From a virus (taxonomy: Duplodnaviria > Caudoviricetes), in the IMG/VR virus record IMGVR_UViG_642973577_000001, positions 64,001-128,000 of that record: a stretch of 64,000 bases of DNA. One strand, written 5' to 3'. Position 1 is the first letter of the stretch, and every line of letters begins with the position of its first letter. The translations under genes and the position numbers were made by a program. Of the stretch, positions 54,551-63,304 are shown one piece after another. Below the pieces are notes generated by a model. That model searched no databases and had not been told where the DNA came from. It saw only the letters and a list, made by a program, of their open reading frames with translations.

Positions 54551-55318
54551 GTGACCATGACCCTCTCCGAGGGCGAACTGAACCGGCAGGTGTCCCGCGA
54601 GGTGGCCCGAGTTCGCGACCAGGCCGGGTCTGTGCCCGGACGCACCCGTGGCCAGAAGTGCCGCATCTGCTCGGACCCCGACGCCCGCCGCCGCGTCAAC
54701 AGCTTGCTCTCGATCGGCATGGGTCCCACCGAGATCGTCCGCAACCTCGAAGACATCAACCTCAAGCGCAAGAAGAACGCCCAGATCGGCTTCTGGTCGG
54801 TCCGCGACCACCGCGAGAACCACTTCAACATCCAGGAGCCTGCCAAGGCAGCCATCCTCCGCATGCTGGAGGACGAGTACCAGCGCGAGCACTCTGACCT
54901 GCTCGCCGAGGGCGTCGGCAACATCCTGACCGGGCGCGGCTACCTCAAGATCGTGGCCCAGAAGGGCTTCCAGCAGCTCATCAAGGACGACACCACCGTC
55001 GGCTTCACCACGGGCCTGGAGGCCCAGCTCAAGCTCGACGAGCTGGAGAAGGACGACCGCGACCAGGCCGAGCGCGCCATGCTCCGCCGCGACGTCGGCC
55101 TCATCCAGCAGGCCATCCGCGAGGAGTTCACCGAGGAAGAGATGCGCCGCCTGTCGCGCCGCCTCAACATCCTGCGTGGCGTGACCACCGAGGAAGACGA
55201 GGACGAGGACGACGATGATCAGATCATCGACGCCGAGGTCGACGAGGACGATGAAGAGGGCGGCGAGGTCGCAGACTTCGTGATGGGCCACGACGACGAA
55301 GATCCCCTGGAGGACTAG
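54551..55318 (+). CDS. zinc-binding protein with acidic tail
   Basis: CRIC..HRENH; D/E-rich C-terminus. Confidence 0.7.
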   Translation: MTMTLSEGELNRQVSREVARVRDQAGSVPGRTRGQKCRICSDPDARRRVNSLLSIGMGPTEIVRNLEDINLKRKKNAQIGFWSVRDHRENHFNIQEPAKAAILRMLEDEYQREHSDLLAEGVGNILTGRGYLKIVAQKGFQQLIKDDTTVGFTTGLEAQLKLDELEKDDRDQAERAMLRRDVGLIQQAIREEFTEEEMRRLSRRLNILRGVTTEEDEDEDDDDQIIDAEVDEDDEEGGEVADFVMGHDDEDPLED

Positions 55319-56304
55319 TGAGCACCGAGCCGACAGTGCAGGTGCTCGACACCAGCTACGACATGAACGGGGTCAGCGTGGTCACGGCCACCAAGACCGC
55401 CGCCGCCCCGCGCCGGGGCACCATCTACGACCCGGCCACCCTGGCAGCCGCCGTGCCGGTCTGGTTCCATCCGCTGCGTGACGGGCGCTTCCTGGGGCTG
55501 TTCGCCGAACGCTGGCACACGGCCACCATCGGCTCCGGCGGGCCGCAGAGCTACAGCAGCTACGTCGAGACCACCGCCCCGAGCTGGATGGTGTTCGACC
55601 CGAAGACCGGCAGCTACTCCGGCGTCCAGGAGATCCCCAGCCGCCTGGTCGGCACCCGCGACCTCTCCGGCGCGGCCAGCCGGTTCGACTACCTGTTCAC
55701 GATCGGCACCATCGGCGACGAGGCCCTGCTGCAGCACCACCTGATCAGCCCGTCGGGCGAGGTCCTGCTGCACGCCGAGGAGATCATTCCCGAGCGCAAC
55801 GGCGTGGTGTTCTCCTACGGCTGCTGGGTGGGCGACCGCTACCTGACCGTGGTCGGCACCGACGACGCCAGCCGCGTCTACCTGGCCCGCAAGCGATGGT
55901 CCCGCGTCGGCGACAACGCCGACCCGGACTGGGGCGTCTGGGAGTACAAGGGCCAGCGAGGCTGGTCACCCGACCCCGCTGACCTGGTGCCCCAGGTCGA
56001 CCGGGACGGCCAGGCCCTGGTCACCTCCGGCCCGGTGAGCTACTGCAAGCTCAAGAACCGCGAGTTCATCAGCCTCATGACGGCCACCGACGCCAAGATC
56101 TACTCCAGCCGCGACGTCGAGAAGGACTGGGCGCTGGAGTACCAGCGCGAGGCCGATTACTTCTACCTGCAGCCGCAGCTCTACTACAACCCGACCATGA
56201 TCCCTGCAGGTAAGCGGGTCGGCGTGCCGTACGTGGTCACCGACTTCATCAGCTCCGCCGGGGCGCAACAGCTGCTCGTTGGATGGGATGTGTTCGCCCG
56301 CTAG
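55318..56304 (+). CDS. beta-rich hypothetical protein
   Basis: 328 aa coupled ORF. Confidence 0.7.
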   Translation: MSTEPTVQVLDTSYDMNGVSVVTATKTAAAPRRGTIYDPATLAAAVPVWFHPLRDGRFLGLFAERWHTATIGSGGPQSYSSYVETTAPSWMVFDPKTGSYSGVQEIPSRLVGTRDLSGAASRFDYLFTIGTIGDEALLQHHLISPSGEVLLHAEEIIPERNGVVFSYGCWVGDRYLTVVGTDDASRVYLARKRWSRVGDNADPDWGVWEYKGQRGWSPDPADLVPQVDRDGQALVTSGPVSYCKLKNREFISLMTATDAKIYSSRDVEKDWALEYQREADYFYLQPQLYYNPTMIPAGKRVGVPYVVTDFISSAGAQQLLVGWDVFAR

Positions 56305-56372
56305 AGGGTGTAGAGTGAACCAGGCAACACCCTGTAGCAACATTTTTTATCCACCCACATTCAAGGAGTACC

Positions 56373-57401
56373 GTGCTGGTATCTGAGTTGAAGCAGTCCC
56401 TCGAAGGTGTGAACGAGCAGTCGCTGGAGGTCACGTTCTCCGGCATCGCGGTCGATGACGAGGCGCGCAGCCTCAGGATCGACACCGGCTCACACGAGGG
56501 CACCCGCGAGTTCCAGTTCGACGAGCAGCTCGAACGCTCGCTGAGCAAGTACCTCGGCGTCTCGAAGTCGTATCTGGCCAAGTGCCCGCCCGACCTCAAG
56601 GCCCACAACCTGAACTACTGGCTCGACCAGAAGCCCAACGTCGCCGTCACCGTCGAGGTGCTCGACGATCGGGTAGTGGCCTTCCACCGCCCCAACCTGG
56701 TGATCCTGCCCATCCGCGAGGTCGCCGACGTCATCACCCAGGCCATGGAGCCGGGTGACGAGGTGGTCCAGCTGCTCCGCGACGAGACGTCGTTCCACAT
56801 CGACATCATCACGCCCAAGAGCGTCGAGGTCGATCCGGTCGAGGGCATCGAGGACCGGCAGCGCGGTGAGCGCCAGATCGGCGACATCACCCGTGGCGGC
56901 GTCCGCGTCCTGTCCAGCCCGACCGAGGTCAAGCCGCCGGTCGTGGTCCCCTACCTCCACCGCCTGTGGTGCACCAACGGCTGCTCCGCGCCGGTCGAGG
57001 ACGGCACCATCCGCCTCCGTGGCAACACGGTCGAGGAGGTTCTGGAGGAGATGAACCAGGTCATGCGCCGCGTGCGCGGCAACATCGACCAGCAGCTGGA
57101 GGACTTCGCCGAGATGGCGAGCAAGCGCGTCCCCGGCAGCCCGTCGCGGTTCGCCCGCCAGATCGGCAACGAGTACGGCATCCCGGCGCGGGTGATGACC
57201 CGCGTGCTCGATCGCGTCGAGCTGCTCCCGGAGGACACCGCCACCCTGTACGACGTGCAGCAGGTGTTCACCCAGGCCGCGAACGGCACGGTGCCCTACC
57301 GGACGATGATGCGTCTCCAGACGCTGGCCGGTGACATGGCGATGGACACCGACACGGTGGTCCACCGCTGCCAGACCTGCGAGCGGCTGCTCCCCGAGTG
57401 A
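56373..57401 (+). CDS. DUF932-like protein
   Basis: PYLHRLWCTNG and TLYDVQQVFT motifs. Confidence 0.6.
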   Translation: MLVSELKQSLEGVNEQSLEVTFSGIAVDDEARSLRIDTGSHEGTREFQFDEQLERSLSKYLGVSKSYLAKCPPDLKAHNLNYWLDQKPNVAVTVEVLDDRVVAFHRPNLVILPIREVADVITQAMEPGDEVVQLLRDETSFHIDIITPKSVEVDPVEGIEDRQRGERQIGDITRGGVRVLSSPTEVKPPVVVPYLHRLWCTNGCSAPVEDGTIRLRGNTVEEVLEEMNQVMRRVRGNIDQQLEDFAEMASKRVPGSPSRFARQIGNEYGIPARVMTRVLDRVELLPEDTATLYDVQQVFTQAANGTVPYRTMMRLQTLAGDMAMDTDTVVHRCQTCERLLPE

Positions 57402-57697
57402 CCGATCGCAAGGCCAGCATCATCGCTGGCGTGATGATGGTCGCTCTGATCATCGCAAGCGCGCTCACGGTCGGCCTCTTCGGGGCTGGCGCGTGGGAGT
57501 TCGTCACCGCCGACGTGCTCCCCGCCAAGACGCTCGACGCCGGAGACCGCTGGGCGGGTGTGGCCGTGTGCCTCATCCCGATCCTGATGGTGGCCGTCAT
57601 CTGGGCACAGCTGATCGCCTTCTCGCGGTACGTGAAGGCGAAGGACGCCGAGAAGGCATCGGCGGAATCGACAGAAGGAGTAACCCCACGTGACTGA
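57398..57697 (+). CDS. membrane protein (2 TM)
   Basis: two hydrophobic helices. Confidence 0.7.
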   Translation: MTDRKASIIAGVMMVALIIASALTVGLFGAGAWEFVTADVLPAKTLDAGDRWAGVAVCLIPILMVAVIWAQLIAFSRYVKAKDAEKASAESTEGVTPRD

Positions 57698-58442
57698 CAA
57701 GAACAAGACCCTGATCGCCGCCCTGCTGGACCGCAGCGGCTCCATGCGCTCCCGCGCTCGCTCGACCGAGGAGGGCTTCAACGAGCTGATCCACGGCCAG
57801 AAGAACGAGCCGGGGCAGGCCTACGTGACGCTGGCGCAGTTCGACGACCAGTACGAGGTCGTCTACGCCAACAAGCCGATCGCCGAGGTGCCGCCGCTGT
57901 CGCTGGTGGCCCGCTCGATGACGGCCCTCAACGACGGCATCGGCAAGCTGGTGACCGACGTCGGCGCGGAGCTGGCCGCACTCAAGGAGGACGAGCGCCC
58001 CGGCCTGGTCATCTGCGTGATCATGACCGACGGCATGGAGAACGCCTCCCGCGAGTGGACCGCGCAGGCCGTCAAGGACCTGATCAAGGAGCAGGAGACC
58101 AAGTACGGCTGGAAGTTCATCTTCCTCGGCTCGGGCATCGACGTGCAGCAGGAGGGCGTGGCCCTGCGCGGCTTCGGCGCGCAGCGGTCGATGGCGTTCG
58201 ACGCCGATGCTCCGGTGGCCGTGGCTGCGGCCTACAGCGCCACCAGCAACCTCATCGGGTCCTACCGGGGCATGGCGGCGGCTGGCGCAGCGCCGGAGGC
58301 CATGGACGCCGTGGGCTACACCGACGAGGACCGCGCCGCCGCGATGGCCAAGCAGCCTCCGGGCCGTAAGGAGGGCGAGAGCCAGGCCGACTGGAAGTCG
58401 CGCCTGCAGTCGCGGGGGATGGTCGACAGCTCGTCGCGGTAA
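57690..58442 (+). CDS. von Willebrand factor A domain protein
   Basis: LLDRSGSM MIDAS, TALND, IMTDGMENAS. Confidence 0.9.
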   Translation: MTDKNKTLIAALLDRSGSMRSRARSTEEGFNELIHGQKNEPGQAYVTLAQFDDQYEVVYANKPIAEVPPLSLVARSMTALNDGIGKLVTDVGAELAALKEDERPGLVICVIMTDGMENASREWTAQAVKDLIKEQETKYGWKFIFLGSGIDVQQEGVALRGFGAQRSMAFDADAPVAVAAAYSATSNLIGSYRGMAAAGAAPEAMDAVGYTDEDRAAAMAKQPPGRKEGESQADWKSRLQSRGMVDSSSR

Positions 58443-58446
58443 CCCC

Positions 58447-58477
58447 TTGACCGGGAGACCCCGGAGTGTGCTACAGT
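58447..58477 (+). promoter_or_regulatory. promoter TTGACC..TGcTACAGT of Gln/Asn tRNA locus
   Basis: extended -10; ATG at predicted TSS; spacer is long (19 nt). Confidence 0.65.
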
Positions 58478-58484
58478 CGTCCTC

Positions 58485-58517
58485 ATGCGTACCAACCGCC
58501 TGAATCGACAGCAGTAG
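58485..58517 (+). CDS. leaderless leader peptide MRTNRLNRQQ
   Basis: ATG 8 nt after -10; AAC, AAT, CAG, CAG codons. Confidence 0.6.
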   Translation: MRTNRLNRQQ

Positions 58518-58540
58518 CCCTCCGGGGTCTACTGCGTCTT
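58507..58540 (+). terminator. attenuator hairpin overlapping leader stop codon
   Basis: GAC-A-GCAGTAG-CCC..GGG-T-CTACTGC-GTC; only a short pyrimidine tail. Confidence 0.55.
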
Positions 58541-58544
58541 CTAG

Positions 58545-58615
58545 TGCCTGTTGGTGTAATGGCAACACGCCGGTTTCTGACACCGGTATTCTTGGTTCGA
58601 GTCCAGGGCGGGCAG
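58545..58615 (+). tRNA. tRNA-Gln(CTG)
   Basis: loop TT-CTG-AC, U1:A72, G73. Confidence 0.92.
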
Positions 58616-58635
58616 CTCTTCCCCTAGCGGGATGA

Positions 58636-58709
58636 TGGTCACTAGCTCAATTAGGCAGAGCAACGCCCTGTTAAGGCGTCAGGTGAAGGTTCGAGTCCTT
58701 CGTGGCCAG
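58636..58709 (+). tRNA. tRNA-Asn(GTT)
   Basis: loop CT-GTT-AA, U1:A72, G73. Confidence 0.92.
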
Positions 58710-59163
58710 CTTGAAAACCTGTTCGCGCTGCAAAGTCGAGAAGCCCAGGTCTGAGTTCCACAGGTGGAGCAAGGCCAAGGACGGGCTGAATCATCACTGC
58801 AAGGACTGCGTGAGCGACAAGGCCAAGGCTCGGTATCGGCGTAGCCCGGAGTGGCGCGCCAAGCTCGTCGAGAACGCCATCGAGCGCCGCAAGAAGCTCC
58901 AGCAGTACGCTTTCACGTATCTGACCGAGCACCCGTGCGTCGATTGTGGTGAGACTGATCCGATCGTCCTGGAGTTCGATCACGTGCGTGGTGAGAAGGT
59001 TCGAGCCATCTCGTCGATGCTCGGAAACGGCGGCTCCCTGGACCGACTCAAGGAGGAGATCGCCAAGTGCGACGTCCGGTGCGCTAACTGCCACGCTCGC
59101 GTGACGGCCCGCAGAAACGGGCGGTATTGGAAGCTGGCGTTTATCCCTGTAGTATCTGTATAG
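58702..59163 (+). CDS. HNH endonuclease with N-terminal zinc finger
   Basis: KTCSRC..CKDC, CVDCGETDPIVLEFDH..KCDVRCANCH; start GTG 58702 or TTG 58711. Confidence 0.88.
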   Translation: MASLKTCSRCKVEKPRSEFHRWSKAKDGLNHHCKDCVSDKAKARYRRSPEWRAKLVENAIERRKKLQQYAFTYLTEHPCVDCGETDPIVLEFDHVRGEKVRAISSMLGNGGSLDRLKEEIAKCDVRCANCHARVTARRNGRYWKLAFIPVVSV

Positions 59164-59201
59164 TCTGTTTGTTCCACCCACCCACATTCAGGAGGCATCC
59201 C

Positions 59202-59666
59202 GTGCCATATACCGATCAGTACGTGGACCACGTGTTCTCGTACCACGCACCTCGCGAGGGGCAGCCGGAGGTCTACGAGACCATCCGTACCCACGCCAAG
59301 GCGTTCTTCCAGGTCATCAACCGGCTCGTGCCCGACGGCGCGGACAAGGCCGACGCGCTGCGCTCGCTGCGCAACTGCGTCATGACCGCCAACGCCGGAG
59401 TCGCCCTCGCGGGCGGACCCGAGGCGTTCATGGTCAAGACCGCCGACGTCGCCGCCGTCGCACGGCGCGCCAAGGACGTCGAGGCAGCGGCCACCCGGTC
59501 GCCGTACCAGACCACGCTGGGCTTCAAGGCCCAGGGCGGCGAGTACGAGGTCTCGATCGACCCGACCGCCAAGCGCGACGACGGCTACACCGAGGTCAAG
59601 AAGGTCGACACCGGCAAGCCGATCGCTTCCCTGGCCGACGACTACCTCCGGGCCAAGGGCCTGTGA
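59202..59666 (+). CDS. Acb2/Tad1-like anti-defence sponge (putative)
   Basis: FSYHAP..Q..YETIR..K..VPDG.DK..AL..L..VMTANAGVA helical hairpin. Confidence 0.6.
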   Translation: MPYTDQYVDHVFSYHAPREGQPEVYETIRTHAKAFFQVINRLVPDGADKADALRSLRNCVMTANAGVALAGGPEAFMVKTADVAAVARRAKDVEAAATRSPYQTTLGFKAQGGEYEVSIDPTAKRDDGYTEVKKVDTGKPIASLADDYLRAKGL

Positions 59667-59944
59667 AGCGCGTAGGTCTCGCCCTCAGTGCGGTGAGCAT
59701 CAGCCTGGCTCTGGTGCTCACCGGCTGCGGGTCGACGGGCGTGAAGAACCGTCCCGGCGGAGGCACCCAGCAGACCGAGGACTGCGACTTCGACGACATG
59801 ATCGAGGGCGACAGCGACTGCTACGGGTCCAAGAAGAAGACCACCACCAGCAAGAAGCCGACCACGACGGCCAAGCCCACCACCAAGGTGGCCACGCCGA
59901 CCAAGAAGGCTTCCAGCGGCTCGTCGGGGAGCAAGAAGAAGTGA
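59663..59944 (+). CDS. lipoprotein with Lys/Thr/Ser-rich tail
   Basis: signal peptide with LTGC lipobox. Confidence 0.7.
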   Translation: MKRVGLALSAVSISLALVLTGCGSTGVKNRPGGGTQQTEDCDFDDMIEGDSDCYGSKKKTTTSKKPTTTAKPTTKVATPTKKASSGSSGSKKK

Positions 59945-60186
59945 TGGACGGCGCGCTGGCGTGGGACATCCAGAAGTGGAACTCAGAGCAGGATCGGCCC
60001 ACCCTCAGTACCGCTCAGGTGGAGGGTTTGGCCACCTACCTCTCCGACAAGGGGTGGGGCGCAGCCAAGCGGGATGTTAGCCTGGGAGACGTGCGTGGCC
60101 TGGTCGAGAAGGGCCGCAAGCTCGTAGACGACCTTCTAGGAGAACCCCGCCGTGCCGATGCCCCTGGTCAATCCACTCACCGGTAA
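59941..60186 (+). CDS. hypothetical protein
   Basis: coupled 81 aa ORF. Confidence 0.55.
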   Translation: MMDGALAWDIQKWNSEQDRPTLSTAQVEGLATYLSDKGWGAAKRDVSLGDVRGLVEKGRKLVDDLLGEPRRADAPGQSTHR

Positions 60187-60595
60187 GCCGTTCGAGCGGC
60201 CTGCACCTCCGGCACCGGAGGCGGTAGAGATCTACCCGTCTGAGCTGCCCAAGGTGCAGGCCGCGTTCAAGACGCTCCAGGACCGGTTTGCCCAGAAGGT
60301 CGTAGAGGACCCGCTGGAGGCGGCGAACGCCTTCAACCAGCTCGCGGTCAACGAGTTCGGCGACATCGGGTTCGAGATCGAGGTCGAGTGGCACGAGGCC
60401 AGCGAGAACCCGTTCGGCGAGGCCAAGATGTACGTGCCCCGGATCAACATCGTCGGTCGCACCCGCAAGGAGACCGAGATCGACCACGACCGCATGCAGC
60501 ACGACATCGTGACCGGCAAGGCCGACGGCGTGGCGGGCTACATCCGCGAGGACGGCTCCGAGCGCGAGGACCCCATCAAGAAGATCATCGTCTGA
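60152..60595 (+). CDS. hypothetical protein
   Basis: AGGAG SD, phage codon bias. Confidence 0.7.
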   Translation: MPMPLVNPLTGKPFERPAPPAPEAVEIYPSELPKVQAAFKTLQDRFAQKVVEDPLEAANAFNQLAVNEFGDIGFEIEVEWHEASENPFGEAKMYVPRINIVGRTRKETEIDHDRMQHDIVTGKADGVAGYIREDGSEREDPIKKIIV

Positions 60596-60792
60596 TGGCA
60601 GCCGGGGATATGTCTCCGTGGCCGGAGGACTACTGGTGGGAGCAGCGGGTGGCCGACGCTGAGTTCGCCCGTCGCGAGGCCGAGCGGGAGGCTCAGCAGC
60701 GGCGGAGTATCGGGGAGGAGTTCGGGATACCCAACCCGGACAAGATCCAGGCGCACGTGGACACCATCTGCGCCGCCCGATTCAAGGAGTAG
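60595..60792 (+). CDS. hypothetical protein
   Basis: TGATG coupling, 65 aa. Confidence 0.55.
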   Translation: MAAGDMSPWPEDYWWEQRVADAEFARREAEREAQQRRSIGEEFGIPNPDKIQAHVDTICAARFKE

Positions 60793-60795
60793 CCC

Positions 60796-61245
60796 ATGGT
60801 CACACTGGAGGCCCGTTCTCGTCGGCTCACGACGCTCAAGAACTTCGGGCGCATCACTGACGCCTTTCAGATCATCGTGCTGGGCACCTTCGGCCAGTAC
60901 CTCTATAGCGGCGGAGCCGAGCAGCTCAAGGCCAAGCACTGGAACGCCGCTCGCGACTTTTTCGGCGGCTACCAGGGCGTCGGCATGGCCATCATGGTCA
61001 TCGCGGGCATCGGCTTGCTCGGGCTGTTCTCGCTGGCTCTAACCAAGCGCGACTGGGTGTACACGATCCTCATGTGGATCTACTCGCTGGCCGCGTTCTT
61101 GTTCTTCGTGATCGTCGGCATCACCCACCACCTGGCGCAGTCGGGCAGCACCGGCCTGTGGTCGCTGGGCCTGGCGGGCTGCTTCTTCCTGTTCACCCGG
61201 ATCGCCATCACGATCGCCACACCCCTGCAGCCGGAGGCCTCATGA
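60796..61245 (+). CDS. membrane protein (about 4 TM)
   Basis: AAGGAG SD, hydrophobic segments. Confidence 0.75.
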   Translation: MVTLEARSRRLTTLKNFGRITDAFQIIVLGTFGQYLYSGGAEQLKAKHWNAARDFFGGYQGVGMAIMVIAGIGLLGLFSLALTKRDWVYTILMWIYSLAAFLFFVIVGITHHLAQSGSTGLWSLGLAGCFFLFTRIAITIATPLQPEAS

Positions 61246-61721
61246 CCCGACCAACAGCTCAAAGCTCCGCCGCTGGCGTCAAGCGCCCGACGAGCGCGGT
61301 AGGCCTGTCTCCCCTGGAGTGGGGCGACAAGTGCTTCCTGTGCGGTAACTCGATCGCCGAGGGAGCTGGTGAGGGCTTCTACCAGTCCAAGAAGGGCGGC
61401 TTCCTGCGTTGCCACCGTGGTTGCCTCAGCACCATGGAGATGGCCGGAGGCCACCCCAAGGACTTCCACCGGGTGATGGCCGAGCGCAAGCAGTCGCCCG
61501 TGCACGACAAGCCGGTGCACCAGGACGTCGAGGCCGAGAAGCTCCAGGTTGAGTACGACGACGAGATGCCACCTCCGGCGCAGGCCTACAACGGCCCTCG
61601 CTCGATCAAGTTCGACGACCTCCAGCACCTGCAGGGATTCATCACCCAGCGCGGCGCGATCCCGGATCACGTCCGGGTGTTCATCGGCGACTACGTGATC
61701 CAGGCCGGTGGCGGTGGCTAG
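61242..61721 (+). CDS. zinc-binding hypothetical protein
   Basis: ATGA overlap, CFLC..CHRGC. Confidence 0.65.
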   Translation: MTRPTAQSSAAGVKRPTSAVGLSPLEWGDKCFLCGNSIAEGAGEGFYQSKKGGFLRCHRGCLSTMEMAGGHPKDFHRVMAERKQSPVHDKPVHQDVEAEKLQVEYDDEMPPPAQAYNGPRSIKFDDLQHLQGFITQRGAIPDHVRVFIGDYVIQAGGGG

Positions 61722-61956
61722 TATCGACGTCCTCGGCGTAAAGGTGACCTTCCGGCATCGAGACGCCGCGTTGATCAGCGACAACGAGCTGGCCGACATC
61801 GAGGAGATCGTCGAGGCCGAGCAGGAGTCGCTGCACTACCGCACCGAGGACACCGGCACCGAGGTGCTGCGCGAGATCGAGTTCCTGACCGACTACGTGA
61901 ATCCGCGCCAGGCGCGCTACAACACTGTGTCGGACGTGACGGGGACCCCCGAATAG
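61708..61956 (+). CDS. hypothetical protein
   Basis: 82 aa acidic ORF. Confidence 0.6.
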   Translation: MAVASIDVLGVKVTFRHRDAALISDNELADIEEIVEAEQESLHYRTEDTGTEVLREIEFLTDYVNPRQARYNTVSDVTGTPE

Positions 61957-62003
61957 GTAGGGAGGCCGGAAAGTACCGGCCTCACGACGAAGGGATAGTT
62001 CCC

Positions 62004-62669
62004 GTGCCCGTGAAGAACGAAGAGTGGGAAGTGCCCGTACTCCCCGGCCTGCCTGCCGCTGGTGCCGGAAAGCGGTACAACTACCTCACCTCCAACCCCA
62101 GCCCCGCAGAGGCCTGCGAGCGCATCGCTGCAGCCCTGGGAGGCACTCTCCTGGTCCGCACCGCCGACCTGGACCTCAAGGCCCTGCGCGAGACCGGCAA
62201 GCTGCCAGAGAAGATCGCCTACTCGGTCGACGTCACTCGGTTCTACGACGAGATCAGCACCATCGACGACGGCAACGGCGGACGCCGCCCCAAGCTGCCT
62301 GGCTCCGGCATGGGCATGCCCACCTGGGCCGAGCTGGACGAGTGGTACGAGGAGAAGGGCTACCAGTACAACCGCCGCCACAAGATCGACCACGACGAGT
62401 GGAAGCGCGGCGAAGAGCGCGAGCAGCTGCTGGCCAAGTTCCGCAGCGTCCTGCCGTCCGAGGAGAGCGACGAGGCCCGTCTGCGCAAGATCGCCGACAC
62501 CCTGGACCTGGACGTCCGCCCCAAGGCCGAGGCTCCGCAGACCGGTGTGGAGGCCGTCAAGGGCCTGTGGGGACTGACCCTCAAGAGCACCGCCATCGTC
62601 GCGAGCAAGCTCGCTGCCGAGGGCAAGGAAGCCGCAAAGGCGAAGTGGGCCAAGGCCCGCCGAACCTAG
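62004..62669 (+). CDS. hypothetical protein
   Basis: 221 aa, phage codon bias. Confidence 0.7.
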   Translation: MPVKNEEWEVPVLPGLPAAGAGKRYNYLTSNPSPAEACERIAAALGGTLLVRTADLDLKALRETGKLPEKIAYSVDVTRFYDEISTIDDGNGGRRPKLPGSGMGMPTWAELDEWYEEKGYQYNRRHKIDHDEWKRGEEREQLLAKFRSVLPSEESDEARLRKIADTLDLDVRPKAEAPQTGVEAVKGLWGLTLKSTAIVASKLAAEGKEAAKAKWAKARRT

Positions 62670-62698
62670 TTGCTTCCAGCTCCTAGACCCTGTAGTCT
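62670..62698 (+). promoter_or_regulatory. SigA-like promoter TTGCTT-N17-TAGTCT
   Basis: intergenic, upstream of CCACCCACA-GGAAGG. Confidence 0.5.
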
Positions 62699-62735
62699 GC
62701 CTATAGCGATTAAAACCACCCACAGGAAGGTCGCT

Positions 62736-62990
62736 ATGGCAGAACTAGACGTGGATGCCCCCATCCCGTTCATGCCCACCGAGGGCGTGGCACACGGGGA
62801 GGGGGGCGTCTTCGACATCGTGGTGAGCTATGAGTTCACCATGCGCGTCGAGGTCGCACCCGGCGAGAACGACGACGATGGCCTCACCGACGGCGAGTAC
62901 GCCTCCGAGAAGGCCATGGACTCCTCCCCCGACATGAACGGGGAGAAGACCTCCGGTCCGGTCCTGATGGACATCCGGCGGGTCTCCTGA
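62736..62990 (+). CDS. acidic hypothetical protein
   Basis: ATG after AGGAAGG SD. Confidence 0.7.
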   Translation: MAELDVDAPIPFMPTEGVAHGEGGVFDIVVSYEFTMRVEVAPGENDDDGLTDGEYASEKAMDSSPDMNGEKTSGPVLMDIRRVS

Positions 62991-63304
62991 TGGCCAAGCG
63001 CAGGAAGATCAAGGTCGACGTCGGCACGATCACGGTCACGATCCCGGAGCACATCATCCAGGCCGCGATCGAGCTGCAGATCGTCAAGTACCTGGAGGAG
63101 AACGTCGACTTCCAGGCCATGCTCAAGGAGGCCGTGGACGCCGAGGTCGCACTCATCGCGCCGATGCATCCGAACATGCAGGCCGTCATCGACAGCGTGC
63201 GCGATCACCTGGACCGCTACCCGCTGATCGGCAACGACCAGGCCTTCCAGGACTACGTGGGCCAGAAGATCTTCGAGTGGCTCCAGCAGAAGCCGGTCCG
63301 ATGA
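62990..63304 (+). CDS. hypothetical protein
   Basis: TGATG coupling. Confidence 0.7.
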   Translation: MAKRRKIKVDVGTITVTIPEHIIQAAIELQIVKYLEENVDFQAMLKEAVDAEVALIAPMHPNMQAVIDSVRDHLDRYPLIGNDQAFQDYVGQKIFEWLQQKPVR

